Shown: positions 31,445 to 40,650 of the stretch, in pieces
How the letters are laid out: the number at the start of each line of letters is the position of its first letter
Position numbering within the stretch: position 1 is the first letter of the stretch
Assembly: GCA_963785725.1 (NCBI GenBank)
Contig: CAWAWS010000029.1
Location: forward strand, 1-64,000
Direction of reading: 5' to 3'
DNA length: 64,000 nt
From: an uncultured delta proteobacterium
GTDB lineage: Bacteria > Myxococcota_A > Polyangia > Palsa-1104
The notes under the pieces: generated by a model
What the model was told of the DNA's origin: nothing
Seen by the model: the letters and a program-made list of their open reading frames with translations, nothing else
Database searches by the model: none
Position numbers and translations under genes: made by a program

Positions 31445-31975
31445 ATGAGTAGCGCTCCGAAAGAAGAAGCGGCGGAGAAGCCGGCCGGCGGCGGCGGTGG
31501 TCCGTTGCCGTTGGTGGCGGTGGTGTTGGGCCTGTTGAACCTGGGTGGCCTCGGCTTCGTGGCCATGACGACGATGAAAGTGGCCAAGCAGGCGGCGGCG
31601 CTGGCCGAAGGCGTCGACAAGAAAGACGGCGGCAAAGACGAAAAGAAGGAAGCGGCGGTCGAGTTGCCGTCGGTGGCGTTCGATCCGTTCGTCGTCAACT
31701 TGAACGAGCCGGGCTCGAATCGTTATTTGAAGGCGAGCTTGGAAGTGGAAGTCGCCGACGTGGCCGCGGCCGAGGATCTGAAGCGCTGCAAGCGCGCCGT
31801 GCGCGACGATCTGTTGCGCTATCTGTCGAGCCTCGCCGTCGCCGACACGCAAGGCGAGGACGCGAAGACGAAGATGGAGACGGCGATGATGGCGCGCATC
31901 GACAAGCAGCTCGGCGGCAAAGAGGGCGAAAAGAAAGTGCACCGCCTGTTCTTCAACGACTTCATGGTTCAGTAG
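31445..31975 (+). CDS. fliL: Flagellar basal body-associated protein FliL
   Basis: N-terminal TM; FDPFVVNL...RYLK, VRD, LFFNDFMVQ. Confidence 0.9.
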   Translation: MSSAPKEEAAEKPAGGGGGPLPLVAVVLGLLNLGGLGFVAMTTMKVAKQAAALAEGVDKKDGGKDEKKEAAVELPSVAFDPFVVNLNEPGSNRYLKASLEVEVADVAAAEDLKRCKRAVRDDLLRYLSSLAVADTQGEDAKTKMETAMMARIDKQLGGKEGEKKVHRLFFNDFMVQ

Positions 31976-31984
31976 CGTACGATT

Positions 31985-32023
31985 CGGCGGCGAATGGTCA
32001 ACTTGGTTGACGATTCGCCGCCG
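31985..32023. terminator. Long GC hairpin after fliL (possible terminator, no U-tract)
   Basis: CGGCGGCGAAT...ATTCGCCGCCG enclosing GGTCAAC-TTG-GTTGACG. Confidence 0.5.
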
Positions 32024-32331
32024 TCGAGCGTGACGCTCCGGCCAGATGCTCCGCTCGGACTGCGCATGGCGCGTCGAATTCAGCCAGGTCGCGCTCCTCG
32101 CGGCCGGTGATTGATCATAAATCGTCAGTGTCGTTGCGAGTGCTCGAAATACCTACGTATCTCGTCGCGCCCTGATCGCTTTACGCGGGCTTAACAATCG
32201 TCCGCGAGCGGTGTCTGAGTATGCATGCGACAAGTGTTGCGCGTACCGCGCCTCGTCGACGAACGCGGGCGGAACTCGGTTGACGCTCGCCTCGTCTCGC
32301 TAGTGCACAGGCACGGGCGCGGGGGATTTTG

Positions 32332-34377
32332 ATGCAGCGAATCGCTCTTTCATTATCAATCGGTATCTTCATGTGCAGTGCAATCACCGGCTGTACGAGT
32401 AAAAACAAGTCGGCGATTGTGGCGGTCGACGGCGGCGCGCCCGACTCGGGGATTCCGCCATTTCAGATCGATGCGCCCGCCGTTTACGTCGCCAAAGTAA
32501 AAAACATATTGGTCGGATTGCCGCCGACGGATGACGAAATCAAGCAGGTGACGGCCGACCCCGCGGCGCTCGGCGGGCTCGTCGATCAATGGATGACGCT
32601 GCCGCAATATCAGCAAAAGATGCTGGTGTTCTTCCAGCTCGCGTTTCAACAGACGCAAATTACGACGGCCGATTTCACCGATATGATTCCGCCGCTCGGG
32701 CTCGGCGTCGGTCCGCAGATTCCGTTGTTGCTGCAGAACCTGCGCGAAAGCTTTGCGCGTACGGTGTTGGCGTTCGTCGCCGATGGTCGTCCGATCACCG
32801 ACGCCTTCTCGACGCGGCAGTTGATGATGACGCCGGCGTTGATGGAGCTCTATGCGTTCCTCGATACGCGTCATGTCGACGACAACGCTGTCGTCACCGA
32901 TGATTTCGTGACGGCGAATCCAACGCTGAATATCACGCTCGAAGCGTCGGCTGGGCCGATCGCGATGGCCGATTCGGTCAATCCGCAGAGCCCCAATTAT
33001 ATGCATTGGTATAATCCCGCCGTCGGTACGTTGACGGGATATGCCGATCAAACCTGCAACGTCGATCCGATCGTCGCCAAAGTAGACTCGTATTTCGTGC
33101 ATAACCTGCTTTATGGCGGGGTGTTCACGCATAAAGGGCCGGCCAAGACGTCGTGTCCGACGCAATACACGGCCAATGGGCAGTTGGCGGCGAGCGACTT
33201 TACGACGTGGACGATGGTGACGATGCGGGCGCCGAGCGCGGGCGAGGCGACGACCGTATTCTACGATATGCCGGCGCTGCGCGCGGCGACCGAGCTCGTG
33301 CTGAAGACGCCGCGGCTCGGCTTCTTCGCGACGCCGGCGTTCGCCGCCAATTGGCCGACGAACACCAGCAATCAAATGCGCGTCACGTTGAATCAGACGC
33401 TCATCGTCAGCACGGGCGCAGCCATCGATGGCACCGATCCGACGAGCCCGGCGACGACGCCGGGCTTGGACGCGGCGCACGCGGCGCCGGGAACGGCCTG
33501 TTTCGGCTGCCATCAGCTGCTCGATCCGACGCGCTCGATCCTGGCGAGCACCTGGTCTTGGTATTATTATCCGCAAACCGAGACGTCTTATATTCAACAG
33601 CCGGGGCTATTCGCGTTTCAAGGCGTCATTCAGCCGGTCACGACGATCGATGACTTCGCCAATATCCTCGTCATGCACCCGCTCGTTCCCGCGGCGTGGG
33701 CGCAGAAGCTTTGTTATTGGGTGAACTCGGCGCCGTGCGCCGTCGACGACCCGGAGTTCTTGCGCATCGTCACGGCGTTTCAGCAGTCGAATCTGTCGTG
33801 GAACGTGCTCGTGCATCAATTGCTGTCGTCGCCGATTACGACGAATACCGCGCAAACGAAGACGACGGCGACGAATGGCGAAATAATCGCGGTTTCGCGG
33901 CGCGATCATTTGTGCGCGGCGCTCAATAATCGTTTGGGATTGGTCGACGTGTGCGGCCTCGACGCGGTCAGCGGCAAAGGCACGAAGACGACGGTCGTCT
34001 CGCAGATCGTCAGTGGTTTGCCGTCGGATGGATATGGTCGCGGCTCGCCGATTCCGGTATTGCCCAATCAGCCGACGCTGTTTTATCGCGCGGGACTGGA
34101 GAATATCTGCGAGGCGGTGGCGGCGATGGTCATCGACGCGCCGGCGAGCGGCGCCGGCAAACAATATTCGAGCGCGCAGCCCGACGCCGCCATCGCCGAC
34201 TTCGTGGCGACCGTGATGGCGCTCGAGCCGTCGGACGCGCGCTCGGCCGGCGCGACCTCGCTCTTGCAGGCGCATTATGCGGCCGCATTGAAGACCGGCG
34301 TCTCGGCCACGAGCGCGCTCGAGTCGACGTTCGTGACGGCGTGCTTGGCGCCGACGTCGATCGGGATTGGAATGTGA
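32332..34377 (+). CDS. Large lipoprotein with one c-type heme motif (DUF1588/DUF1585-like family by context)
   Basis: Lipobox ITGC; CFGCHQLLDP; WAQKLCYW; immediately followed by a Tat protein. Confidence 0.7.
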   Translation: MQRIALSLSIGIFMCSAITGCTSKNKSAIVAVDGGAPDSGIPPFQIDAPAVYVAKVKNILVGLPPTDDEIKQVTADPAALGGLVDQWMTLPQYQQKMLVFFQLAFQQTQITTADFTDMIPPLGLGVGPQIPLLLQNLRESFARTVLAFVADGRPITDAFSTRQLMMTPALMELYAFLDTRHVDDNAVVTDDFVTANPTLNITLEASAGPIAMADSVNPQSPNYMHWYNPAVGTLTGYADQTCNVDPIVAKVDSYFVHNLLYGGVFTHKGPAKTSCPTQYTANGQLAASDFTTWTMVTMRAPSAGEATTVFYDMPALRAATELVLKTPRLGFFATPAFAANWPTNTSNQMRVTLNQTLIVSTGAAIDGTDPTSPATTPGLDAAHAAPGTACFGCHQLLDPTRSILASTWSWYYYPQTETSYIQQPGLFAFQGVIQPVTTIDDFANILVMHPLVPAAWAQKLCYWVNSAPCAVDDPEFLRIVTAFQQSNLSWNVLVHQLLSSPITTNTAQTKTTATNGEIIAVSRRDHLCAALNNRLGLVDVCGLDAVSGKGTKTTVVSQIVSGLPSDGYGRGSPIPVLPNQPTLFYRAGLENICEAVAAMVIDAPASGAGKQYSSAQPDAAIADFVATVMALEPSDARSAGATSLLQAHYAAALKTGVSATSALESTFVTACLAPTSIGIGM

Positions 34378-34382
34378 GGAGA

Positions 34383-35705
34383 ATGCCGATGAACATGACT
34401 CGCCGGCAGGCGCTGATGTCTGCGTTGTTTGGCGGCGGATACCTCGGTCTACGCGCGCTGGCGACCGGTCTGCCCATTTCGTTTCTGATGAATCCGCGCC
34501 GCGCATTGGCCGCCATGCCGGCGCCGCTGTGTGCCGATAAGACCAAGGCGCAGTACATCATCATGGCGACTTCGGGACAGGGCGATCCCATCAACGCCAA
34601 TGTGCCCGGCTGCTATCTCGATCCGATGATTACCCACAGCGCGGATCCGGCGATGGCGGCGACGCCGCTGTCGCTCAGTGGTCAGTCGTATACGGCGGCG
34701 CAGCCGTGGTCGATGTTGCCGCAGACCGTGCTCGATCGAACGACGTTCTTTCATTTGATGACCGATACGCCGGTGCATCCGAAAGAGCCCGACGTATTGA
34801 AGCTCATGGGGACGATTAGTAATTCGGAGATGCTGCCGTCGGCGCTGGCGAAGCAGCTCGCGCCCTGCTTCTCGACGGTGCAATCGCAGCCCATCACCGT
34901 CGGCGCGACGACGCCGAGCGAAGGCTTGGTTTACGACGGGCAAGCGCTGCCGATCATTCCGCCGCTGTCGTTGAAGGCGACGCTGACGAATCCGACCGGG
35001 CCATTGACGCAGTTGCAGCCCTTACGCGATCAAACGCTCAGTCAATTGAGCGATCTATATAAGAATGGCGCCAGCGCGGCGCAAAAGGCCTATCTCGATG
35101 CGCTGATCACGTCGCAGACGCAAGTGCGAAACATTCGTCAGGATCTGTTGAGCGCGTTGTCCTCGATCAAGGACAATAGCGTCACGTCGCAGATTACCGC
35201 GGCGGTGACGCTGATTCAAATGAACGTGACGCCGGTCGTCGCCATTCATATTCCGTTCGGCGGCGATAATCATCACGACACGGCGCTGCAGACGGAAGCG
35301 ACGCAAACGGTGAGCGGCGTCGGCTATATTGGCGCGCTGATGACGGCGTTGGCGAGCGCGGGACTGCAGGATCAAGTGACGTTCGTGTCGCTCAACGTGT
35401 TCGGTCGCACGCTCGGGCCGGCGAATACGGATGGACGGCAGCATAATCCGAATCATCAGGTCTCGATCGCGATTGGTAAGCCGTTTCGTGGCGGTGTCAT
35501 CGGCGGGTTGGCGCCGCTCGCCGGCGACTACGGCGCGTTGCCGATCGATTCGAAGAGCGGTTTGGGTAGCGCCAGCGGCGATATTCAGGCCGTCGATAGC
35601 TTGGCGTCGTTCGGTAAGACGGTCATGGCGGCCGTCGGCGTAGACGCCGCGACGATTGGGTCGACGATTACGTCGGGTCAAGTCATCAATCCGGCGCTCG
35701 CTTAA
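34383..35705 (+). CDS. Tat-exported DUF1501/DUF1552-like protein
   Basis: TRRQAL twin-arginine signal; GGDNH; NVFGRT...DGRQH...FRGGVIGG. Confidence 0.7.
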   Translation: MPMNMTRRQALMSALFGGGYLGLRALATGLPISFLMNPRRALAAMPAPLCADKTKAQYIIMATSGQGDPINANVPGCYLDPMITHSADPAMAATPLSLSGQSYTAAQPWSMLPQTVLDRTTFFHLMTDTPVHPKEPDVLKLMGTISNSEMLPSALAKQLAPCFSTVQSQPITVGATTPSEGLVYDGQALPIIPPLSLKATLTNPTGPLTQLQPLRDQTLSQLSDLYKNGASAAQKAYLDALITSQTQVRNIRQDLLSALSSIKDNSVTSQITAAVTLIQMNVTPVVAIHIPFGGDNHHDTALQTEATQTVSGVGYIGALMTALASAGLQDQVTFVSLNVFGRTLGPANTDGRQHNPNHQVSIAIGKPFRGGVIGGLAPLAGDYGALPIDSKSGLGSASGDIQAVDSLASFGKTVMAAVGVDAATIGSTITSGQVINPALA

Positions 35706-35726
35706 TTGGAGATGGTCAACTAACCA

Positions 35727-36257
35727 ATGAACAATCGTCTGTGTGTCTCCCTGTGTTTGGTCGGCTTGATGGGTTGCGGCGGCGGTGGCGGATCATCGAT
35801 GACGAATGACGATGGCGGGGCGAATGGTAACTGCGCGCCGTATGTCGTGCCGGCGGGGACCGATCTGACGACGCCGACGATCTCGTTCTCCAATGACATC
35901 ATGAAGCTGTTCAATGACAGCTGCGATTTGTCGTCATGTCACGGCAAGACGACGAACCCGCAAGGCGGGCTGTTTCTCGGGCTCGAGAGCGCCATGCGGG
36001 GCGATGCGGCGCAGGTCTACGCGGGGATTGTTGGGCACAACTCGATGGAGCTGACGTCGATGCCGTTCATTACGGCGTCGGATCCGAGCATGAGCTTCTT
36101 GATGCATAAGCTCGATGGCGATCAGTGTCAGTTCAATAGTAAATGCGTCGGCGGAAGCTGCGGCGATTTGATGCCGTCGGGCGATGACATGCCGCTGCCG
36201 GTGGCGACGCGGGATACGCTGCGGCGGTGGATTGCGCAGGGCGCGATCGATAATTGA
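35727..36257 (+). CDS. Lipoprotein with cytochrome c-like CX4CH motif
   Basis: Lipobox LMGC; CDLSSCH; SFLMHKLDG...MP...RRWIAQGA. Confidence 0.7.
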   Translation: MNNRLCVSLCLVGLMGCGGGGGSSMTNDDGGANGNCAPYVVPAGTDLTTPTISFSNDIMKLFNDSCDLSSCHGKTTNPQGGLFLGLESAMRGDAAQVYAGIVGHNSMELTSMPFITASDPSMSFLMHKLDGDQCQFNSKCVGGSCGDLMPSGDDMPLPVATRDTLRRWIAQGAIDN

Positions 36258-36281
36258 TCGATAACTGACCGATAACTGATT
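36249..36281. repeat. 3 x 11-bp repeat GATAA(T/C)TGA..
   Basis: GATAATTGATC GATAACTGACC GATAACTGATT, spanning the stop codon of the cytochrome-like gene. Confidence 0.6.
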
Positions 36282-36292
36282 GTCCGGAAATG

Positions 36293-36323
36293 AAAAAGGC
36301 GCGCCGCATTCGCAGACGCGCCT
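36293..36323 (-). terminator. Possible terminator at the end of the flagellar minus-strand block
   Basis: AGGCGCG...CGCGCCT stem with a T-run on the minus strand. Confidence 0.45.
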
Positions 36324-36346
36324 CGTATCCCTAGTCTCGCCTACAC

Positions 36347-36634
36347 TTACCGCCGATACCGCCGCATCGCCGTCATCCGCTGCGTCATCTCCCGCCGCGC
36401 CACCGTCAACGCCGCCTGCCAGCGCGCGTCCCGATCATCCAGCGTCGCCCGCAGCGCCAGCGCCTCGTCGCCCACGCCTTCGATGGCCAGCGCCCCCGCC
36501 AGCTGCTGCAGCAGCGACACCCGGCCGCGCGTGATCGACTCCGCCTCGGTGACCACTTCCGACGGATCGCGCCCGCTCGTCGGCGGCGGCGTCGCGCTCA
36601 CGATCTCGCGCAGCAGCTCGACGACCGTGCTCAA
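36347..36634 (-). CDS. FliT-like small helical protein
   Basis: 95 aa, helical, last gene after fliD-fliS; positional call. Confidence 0.45.
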   Translation of the reverse strand: MSTVVELLREIVSATPPPTSGRDPSEVVTEAESITRGRVSLLQQLAGALAIEGVGDEALALRATLDDRDARWQAALTVARREMTQRMTAMRRYRR

Positions 36635-36909
36635 AACGCACCCTGATAGGCCGCGGCCAAGGAATCGACGATGACGCGCGCCTCTTGCAGCTTCGCGTGC
36701 GAGCGTCCGACCGCCGCCTGCTGCAGCCGCGTCGACGCCAGCGCCATCAAGTCGCGCAGCGACGCGCAGCTCTGTGGCGACGCCACCAGCGCCAACATCG
36801 CCGCGCGCGCGTCGAGCAGCCGGCGAGCGCGATCGATGCCGGCCTCGGCACCATCGCCTTCCGCCAGGCGCCGCTGCGCCCGATCGATCCAGGTCAGAAT
36901 CTCGGTCAT
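36631..36909 (-). CDS. Degenerate FliS-like protein
   Basis: SLRDLMALASTRLQQA...KLQEARVIVDSLAAAY parallels the C-terminal helices of the adjacent FliS. Confidence 0.5.
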   Translation of the reverse strand: MTEILTWIDRAQRRLAEGDGAEAGIDRARRLLDARAAMLALVASPQSCASLRDLMALASTRLQQAAVGRSHAKLQEARVIVDSLAAAYQGAF

Positions 36910-36917
36910 GATGCTTC

Positions 36918-37292
36918 TTATTCGGCCTTCAACGCTGCTTCTTGAAAGCTATCGCGCAATTTCACGATAATTTTCACGGCCTCGTCCAACCCTTTGGCGT
37001 TGTTGTAAATGTTGGCGTGCGAGAGCCGCTTGTTGATGAAGATGTAGAGCGACCCGAGCTCGGCGCACAGCTTGGGCGCCAGCTTGCGGTCGAGCGCCAG
37101 ATGCATGGCGCCCACGATCTCCATCCCGTGGCTGATGGCCTCGCCGCGCTTGCGCGCGTCCTTCTCGGCGATGCCTTCGCGCGCCGTCTCGATGTCGAGC
37201 AGGAGCCGGCGATACATCTCGTCGATCAACCGCGCCGGCGACGCCGACTGGAGGTACGTCTTCTGATAAGAGCGAGCGGCCCTGGCGTACAT
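36918..37292 (-). CDS. fliS: Flagellin chaperone FliS
   Basis: SASPARLIDEMY, ELGSLYIFINKRLSHAN, LRDSFQEA. Confidence 0.9.
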   Translation of the reverse strand: MYARAARSYQKTYLQSASPARLIDEMYRRLLLDIETAREGIAEKDARKRGEAISHGMEIVGAMHLALDRKLAPKLCAELGSLYIFINKRLSHANIYNNAKGLDEAVKIIVKLRDSFQEAALKAE

Positions 37293-37309
37293 GGTTTCCT
37301 CTTAGCCTC

Positions 37310-38698
37310 TTAGCTGGAGCTTGAGCTACTCGAGCTGCTGGAGGAGCTCGAGCTGGCCGTGTTGAACATCATGTTGAGATACTGCTGCTGCGACGTGAGC
37401 TCGCTCATCACCTGGTCGAGCTGCGTAAACTCCGCGCGCAGCTGCGTCTCGACGGTGTCGGCTTTGGCGTCGACCGCCGCGATCTGCGTCGTGTAGCTGT
37501 CGTATTGCGACTGCTTCGACGCCTGCTCGGTGATGAGCGCGCCCGTGCCGTACTGCGTGTACTGCGAGACCATCGAGTTGATCTGGCTGGCCAACCCGTT
37601 GTTGTTGGTGCCGACGAGCAGCTGCTGCGCCGCCGCCGGATTGCTGGTCAGCGTCTGCGACAGCTTGGTCGTATCGAGCGTGATCGTGCCGTCGGTGTTG
37701 AGCGACAAGCCGAGGTCGCCGGCCGAGAGGCTGCCGCCCGTCGCCGTCGTGATCGAGGTCGAGAACAGCCCGCCCATCTGCTGCTCGAGCCCTTGAATCG
37801 TCGAGTCGCCGAAGAGCGTATCCTCGCCCATCGTCGTGCCGTTGTAGCTGAGCTGGCTCGTGACCTGGCTGGCCACCGAGTTGTAGGCGCTCACCAGCGC
37901 TTGCAGCTTGCTCGTCAGCGCCGTCGAGTCGGTGCCGACGCTGAGGCTGGTCGCCGCGCCGCCGGTCGGCGTCGTCGCTTGCAAGTTGAAGGTGACGCCG
38001 GGAATGGCGTCGCTGATCGTGTTGCTCGAGCGCGTCATGGTGACGCCGTTGACGGTGAAGCTGGCGTCGGTGGCCGGCTGCGGCGTCGTCATGCCGAACG
38101 TGTTGCTGGAGTCGCCGAACGTGATGGCGTTGGCGGTGCCGCTGGCGGCGCCGGTGACGAGCAGGCGATAGCTCGACCCGTCGTAGATGACCGACGCGTT
38201 GATCTCGCCGTTGGCCTGCTGATTGATCGACGCCGCGATGCTCGCCAACGTGTCGTTCGTGCCGTAATCGACGCTGTAAGGCGGCGTCTTGCCGCCCACC
38301 GACAGCGTCAGCGTGCCCGAGCCGGCGACGCCGGGATTGTCGTTGGCGAAGCCGGTCGACACGCTGTTCTGCACCGACGCCAGCGAGTTGACGCTGATGT
38401 TGTAGCTGCCCGCCGTCGCCGTCGCCGCCGCGCTGGCCGTGAAGATCGCGTTGTTGCCGCTCGTGGCCGAGATCGACTGCACGTCATCGGTGGTCGAGAG
38501 CGCCGTCGCCGCCGTGCCCAGCGACTGCAACCCGGACGCGATCGAGGCCAGCGTCGAAATCTGGCTCTTCAGATCGGTCTGGTGCGTCTGCATCGCCGCT
38601 TCCGGCGCCTTCTCGGCGGTGACCATGTTCGTGATCAACGTCTCGGCGTCGAAGTTCGCGCCGATACCGGCGAAGGTGGCGATGGGAGTCGTGCTCAC
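37310..38698 (-). CDS. fliD: Flagellar cap protein FliD
   Basis: GSYNISVNSLA, SSNTISDAIPGVTFNL, LVSAYN, LRAEFTQLDQVMSEL; GTG start. Confidence 0.93.
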   Translation of the reverse strand: MSTTPIATFAGIGANFDAETLITNMVTAEKAPEAAMQTHQTDLKSQISTLASIASGLQSLGTAATALSTTDDVQSISATSGNNAIFTASAAATATAGSYNISVNSLASVQNSVSTGFANDNPGVAGSGTLTLSVGGKTPPYSVDYGTNDTLASIAASINQQANGEINASVIYDGSSYRLLVTGAASGTANAITFGDSSNTFGMTTPQPATDASFTVNGVTMTRSSNTISDAIPGVTFNLQATTPTGGAATSLSVGTDSTALTSKLQALVSAYNSVASQVTSQLSYNGTTMGEDTLFGDSTIQGLEQQMGGLFSTSITTATGGSLSAGDLGLSLNTDGTITLDTTKLSQTLTSNPAAAQQLLVGTNNNGLASQINSMVSQYTQYGTGALITEQASKQSQYDSYTTQIAAVDAKADTVETQLRAEFTQLDQVMSELTSQQQYLNMMFNTASSSSSSSSSSSSSS

Positions 38699-38792
38699 GG
38701 CGCGTCTTCTTTCGTCTCCGATTTCGCTTCCGGTCTCGCGTCCAAGCCCGGCTCGCTACTTTCGATTGGTGTCCCGAAACCCGTAACCTCAC

Positions 38793-38835
38793 GACAAAAC
38801 CGACGGCGCCGAGTGACAGCGCCGTCGGTTTTGTC
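38793..38835. terminator. Terminator hairpin after fliC
   Basis: Perfect 17-bp inverted repeat GACAAAACCGACGGCGC/GCGCCGTCGGTTTTGTC. Confidence 0.8.
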
Positions 38836-38845
38836 AGGCTATCGA

Positions 38846-39670
38846 TTAGCCCTGGAGAAGCTTGAGCGCGGCCGAGGGCAGCTGGTTCGCTTGCGCGAGC
38901 ACGGCCGTACCGGCCTGCACCAGGATGCTGTTACGCGACATGTCGGCCGACTCCGACGCGACGTCGACGTCCTTGATGTTCGACTCGGCGGACTGCAGGT
39001 TCTCCGCGAAGTCCGACGCGTTGTCCGCGGCAGCCGTCAAGCGGTTCTGGCCGGCGCCGACCGTCGCCTGCGCGGTCGAGAGCGTCTGAATCGCCGTGTC
39101 GATCGCGGTCAAGGCCGACTGCGCGCCCGACTGCGTGGTCAGGCTCAGCGACGCGACGCCCAAGGTCGTCGTGTCCGTCGCCGCGATGGTGGTCGAGATC
39201 TGGTCGGTCGTCGCCGCCGTCGTGCCGACCTGGAAGGTCACCGAGCTCGCCGCCGACAGCATCGAGATGCCGTTGTAGCTCGTCGACGACGCGATACGCT
39301 GGATTTCCGAGATGTCCTGCTGGAACTCCGTGTCCGTGTCCGAGAGCTGCGCGGTGCCCAAGGTACCGTTCGAGGCTTCCGTCGCCAGCTCCTTCATACG
39401 CGTCAGGAGCTGCGCCTGCTGGTTCATCGCGCCCGAGGCGACCTGCATCATCGAGACGCCGTCCGTCGCGTTGCGGTTCGCCTGGTTGTACGAGGCGATG
39501 TTCGACTCCATCTGCTCCGAGATGGCTTCGCCGGCGGCGTCGTCGGCGGCGCTGTTGATGCGCATACCGGACGAGAGGTGCGACATGTTGTCGGCCAACG
39601 AACGCTGGTTGATACCGAGGCTGCGCTGCGCATCGAGAGACGAGATGTTGTTAGAGATGTCGATAGACAT
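38846..39670 (-). CDS. fliC: Flagellin (274 aa, essentially D0-D1 only)
   Basis: LSSGMRINSAADDAAG, FQVG, GAGQNRL, SNIKDVDVASE, QAGTAVLAQANQ; AGGAG RBS. Confidence 0.97.
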   Translation of the reverse strand: MSIDISNNISSLDAQRSLGINQRSLADNMSHLSSGMRINSAADDAAGEAISEQMESNIASYNQANRNATDGVSMMQVASGAMNQQAQLLTRMKELATEASNGTLGTAQLSDTDTEFQQDISEIQRIASSTSYNGISMLSAASSVTFQVGTTAATTDQISTTIAATDTTTLGVASLSLTTQSGAQSALTAIDTAIQTLSTAQATVGAGQNRLTAAADNASDFAENLQSAESNIKDVDVASESADMSRNSILVQAGTAVLAQANQLPSAALKLLQG

Positions 39671-39734
39671 TGTGATGTTCTCCTGTTGCTTTGGTCTTGT
39701 TTGTTTTTGGCTTCGTCGCCGTCTTCAATGATTT

Positions 39735-39761
39735 GGTTCGACCGTCTTAAAAATTACTGAA
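39735..39761 (-). promoter_or_regulatory. Sigma28 promoter of fliC
   Basis: GCCCC-TTCA-N15-GTCGAACC. Confidence 0.7.
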
Positions 39762-39767
39762 GGGGCA

Positions 39768-40643
39768 TTACGAAATATTTTTGTCGGCCATCTGCGAGAT
39801 CAGCTGCGCCACGTCGGTGGCCGCGGTGTAACCGGTCTGCGCCTGCGCCAACGCCGAGGCCGCGGTCACGGTGTCGGCGCCGACGGCGTTGGTCTGCATC
39901 GTCGTCAGCTGCGTCTCGAAGGCGGAGCGCGCGTCGTTGGCCGCGTTCAGCGCCGACTCCTGCGCGCCGACATCCGACTGCGCCGACGACACTTGCTGCT
40001 GCGCCGTCGTCAAATCGGTGATCGACTGGCTGATGCCGGCCAAGTTGTTGCTCGCCAGCGCCGCCGACAGGCTCGTCAACGTCCCGAGCACGTTGACGCC
40101 GTTCGACGCCGTCAACACCGCGCCCGAGACGCCGATCGCCTGCGAATGGCCTTCGGAGACCTCGATCGTCTGCTGCACGCTGTCGCCCGAGTAGACGTCG
40201 CTCGACGAGAACGGCGTCCCCGTCTGGCTGCCGCCGAAGATCGGTTTGCCGTCGGAGCCGAGCGTGTTCGCCGACGCCAACACCGCGTCGTGCAGCGTCT
40301 GCACCTGCTGCGCCGCGGCCGCGCGCTGCGTGGCGTTGAGCGTGCCGTTGGCCATCTGGTTCGCCAGCGACAGCGCCGTCGTCAGCGTCGTGTTGATGTC
40401 GTTGAGCGCCGAGTCGGCCGTTTGCAGCTTGTCGAGCCCGAGCGTGATCGCCGTGCCGCGCTGCGTGCTCTCTTCTTGGCGAATGCCGGCGCGCTGCGCC
40501 TCTTCCCAGGCGACGAGATCGTCCGACGGCTGCGTCACGCGCAGGCCGCTCGTCACTTCGGCGGACGCGGTCGCGACCTTCGACTGCGCATTGCTCGTCG
40601 CGGTCTCGGCCTGCTGCATCATATAGGTCTGCGTGACGCGCAT
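39768..40643 (-). CDS. flgL: Hook-filament junction protein FlgL
   Basis: SGLRVTQPSDD, PIFGGSQT..PF...YSGD, SDVGA. Confidence 0.9.
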   Translation of the reverse strand: MRVTQTYMMQQAETATSNAQSKVATASAEVTSGLRVTQPSDDLVAWEEAQRAGIRQEESTQRGTAITLGLDKLQTADSALNDINTTLTTALSLANQMANGTLNATQRAAAAQQVQTLHDAVLASANTLGSDGKPIFGGSQTGTPFSSSDVYSGDSVQQTIEVSEGHSQAIGVSGAVLTASNGVNVLGTLTSLSAALASNNLAGISQSITDLTTAQQQVSSAQSDVGAQESALNAANDARSAFETQLTTMQTNAVGADTVTAASALAQAQTGYTAATDVAQLISQMADKNIS

Positions 40644-40650
40644 CAGAGCC

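Noticed and set aside
38759..38790. Sigma28 promoter for fliD
   Set aside because: Only a weak -10 (ATCGAAAG) and no matching -35 at the 15-nt spacing.
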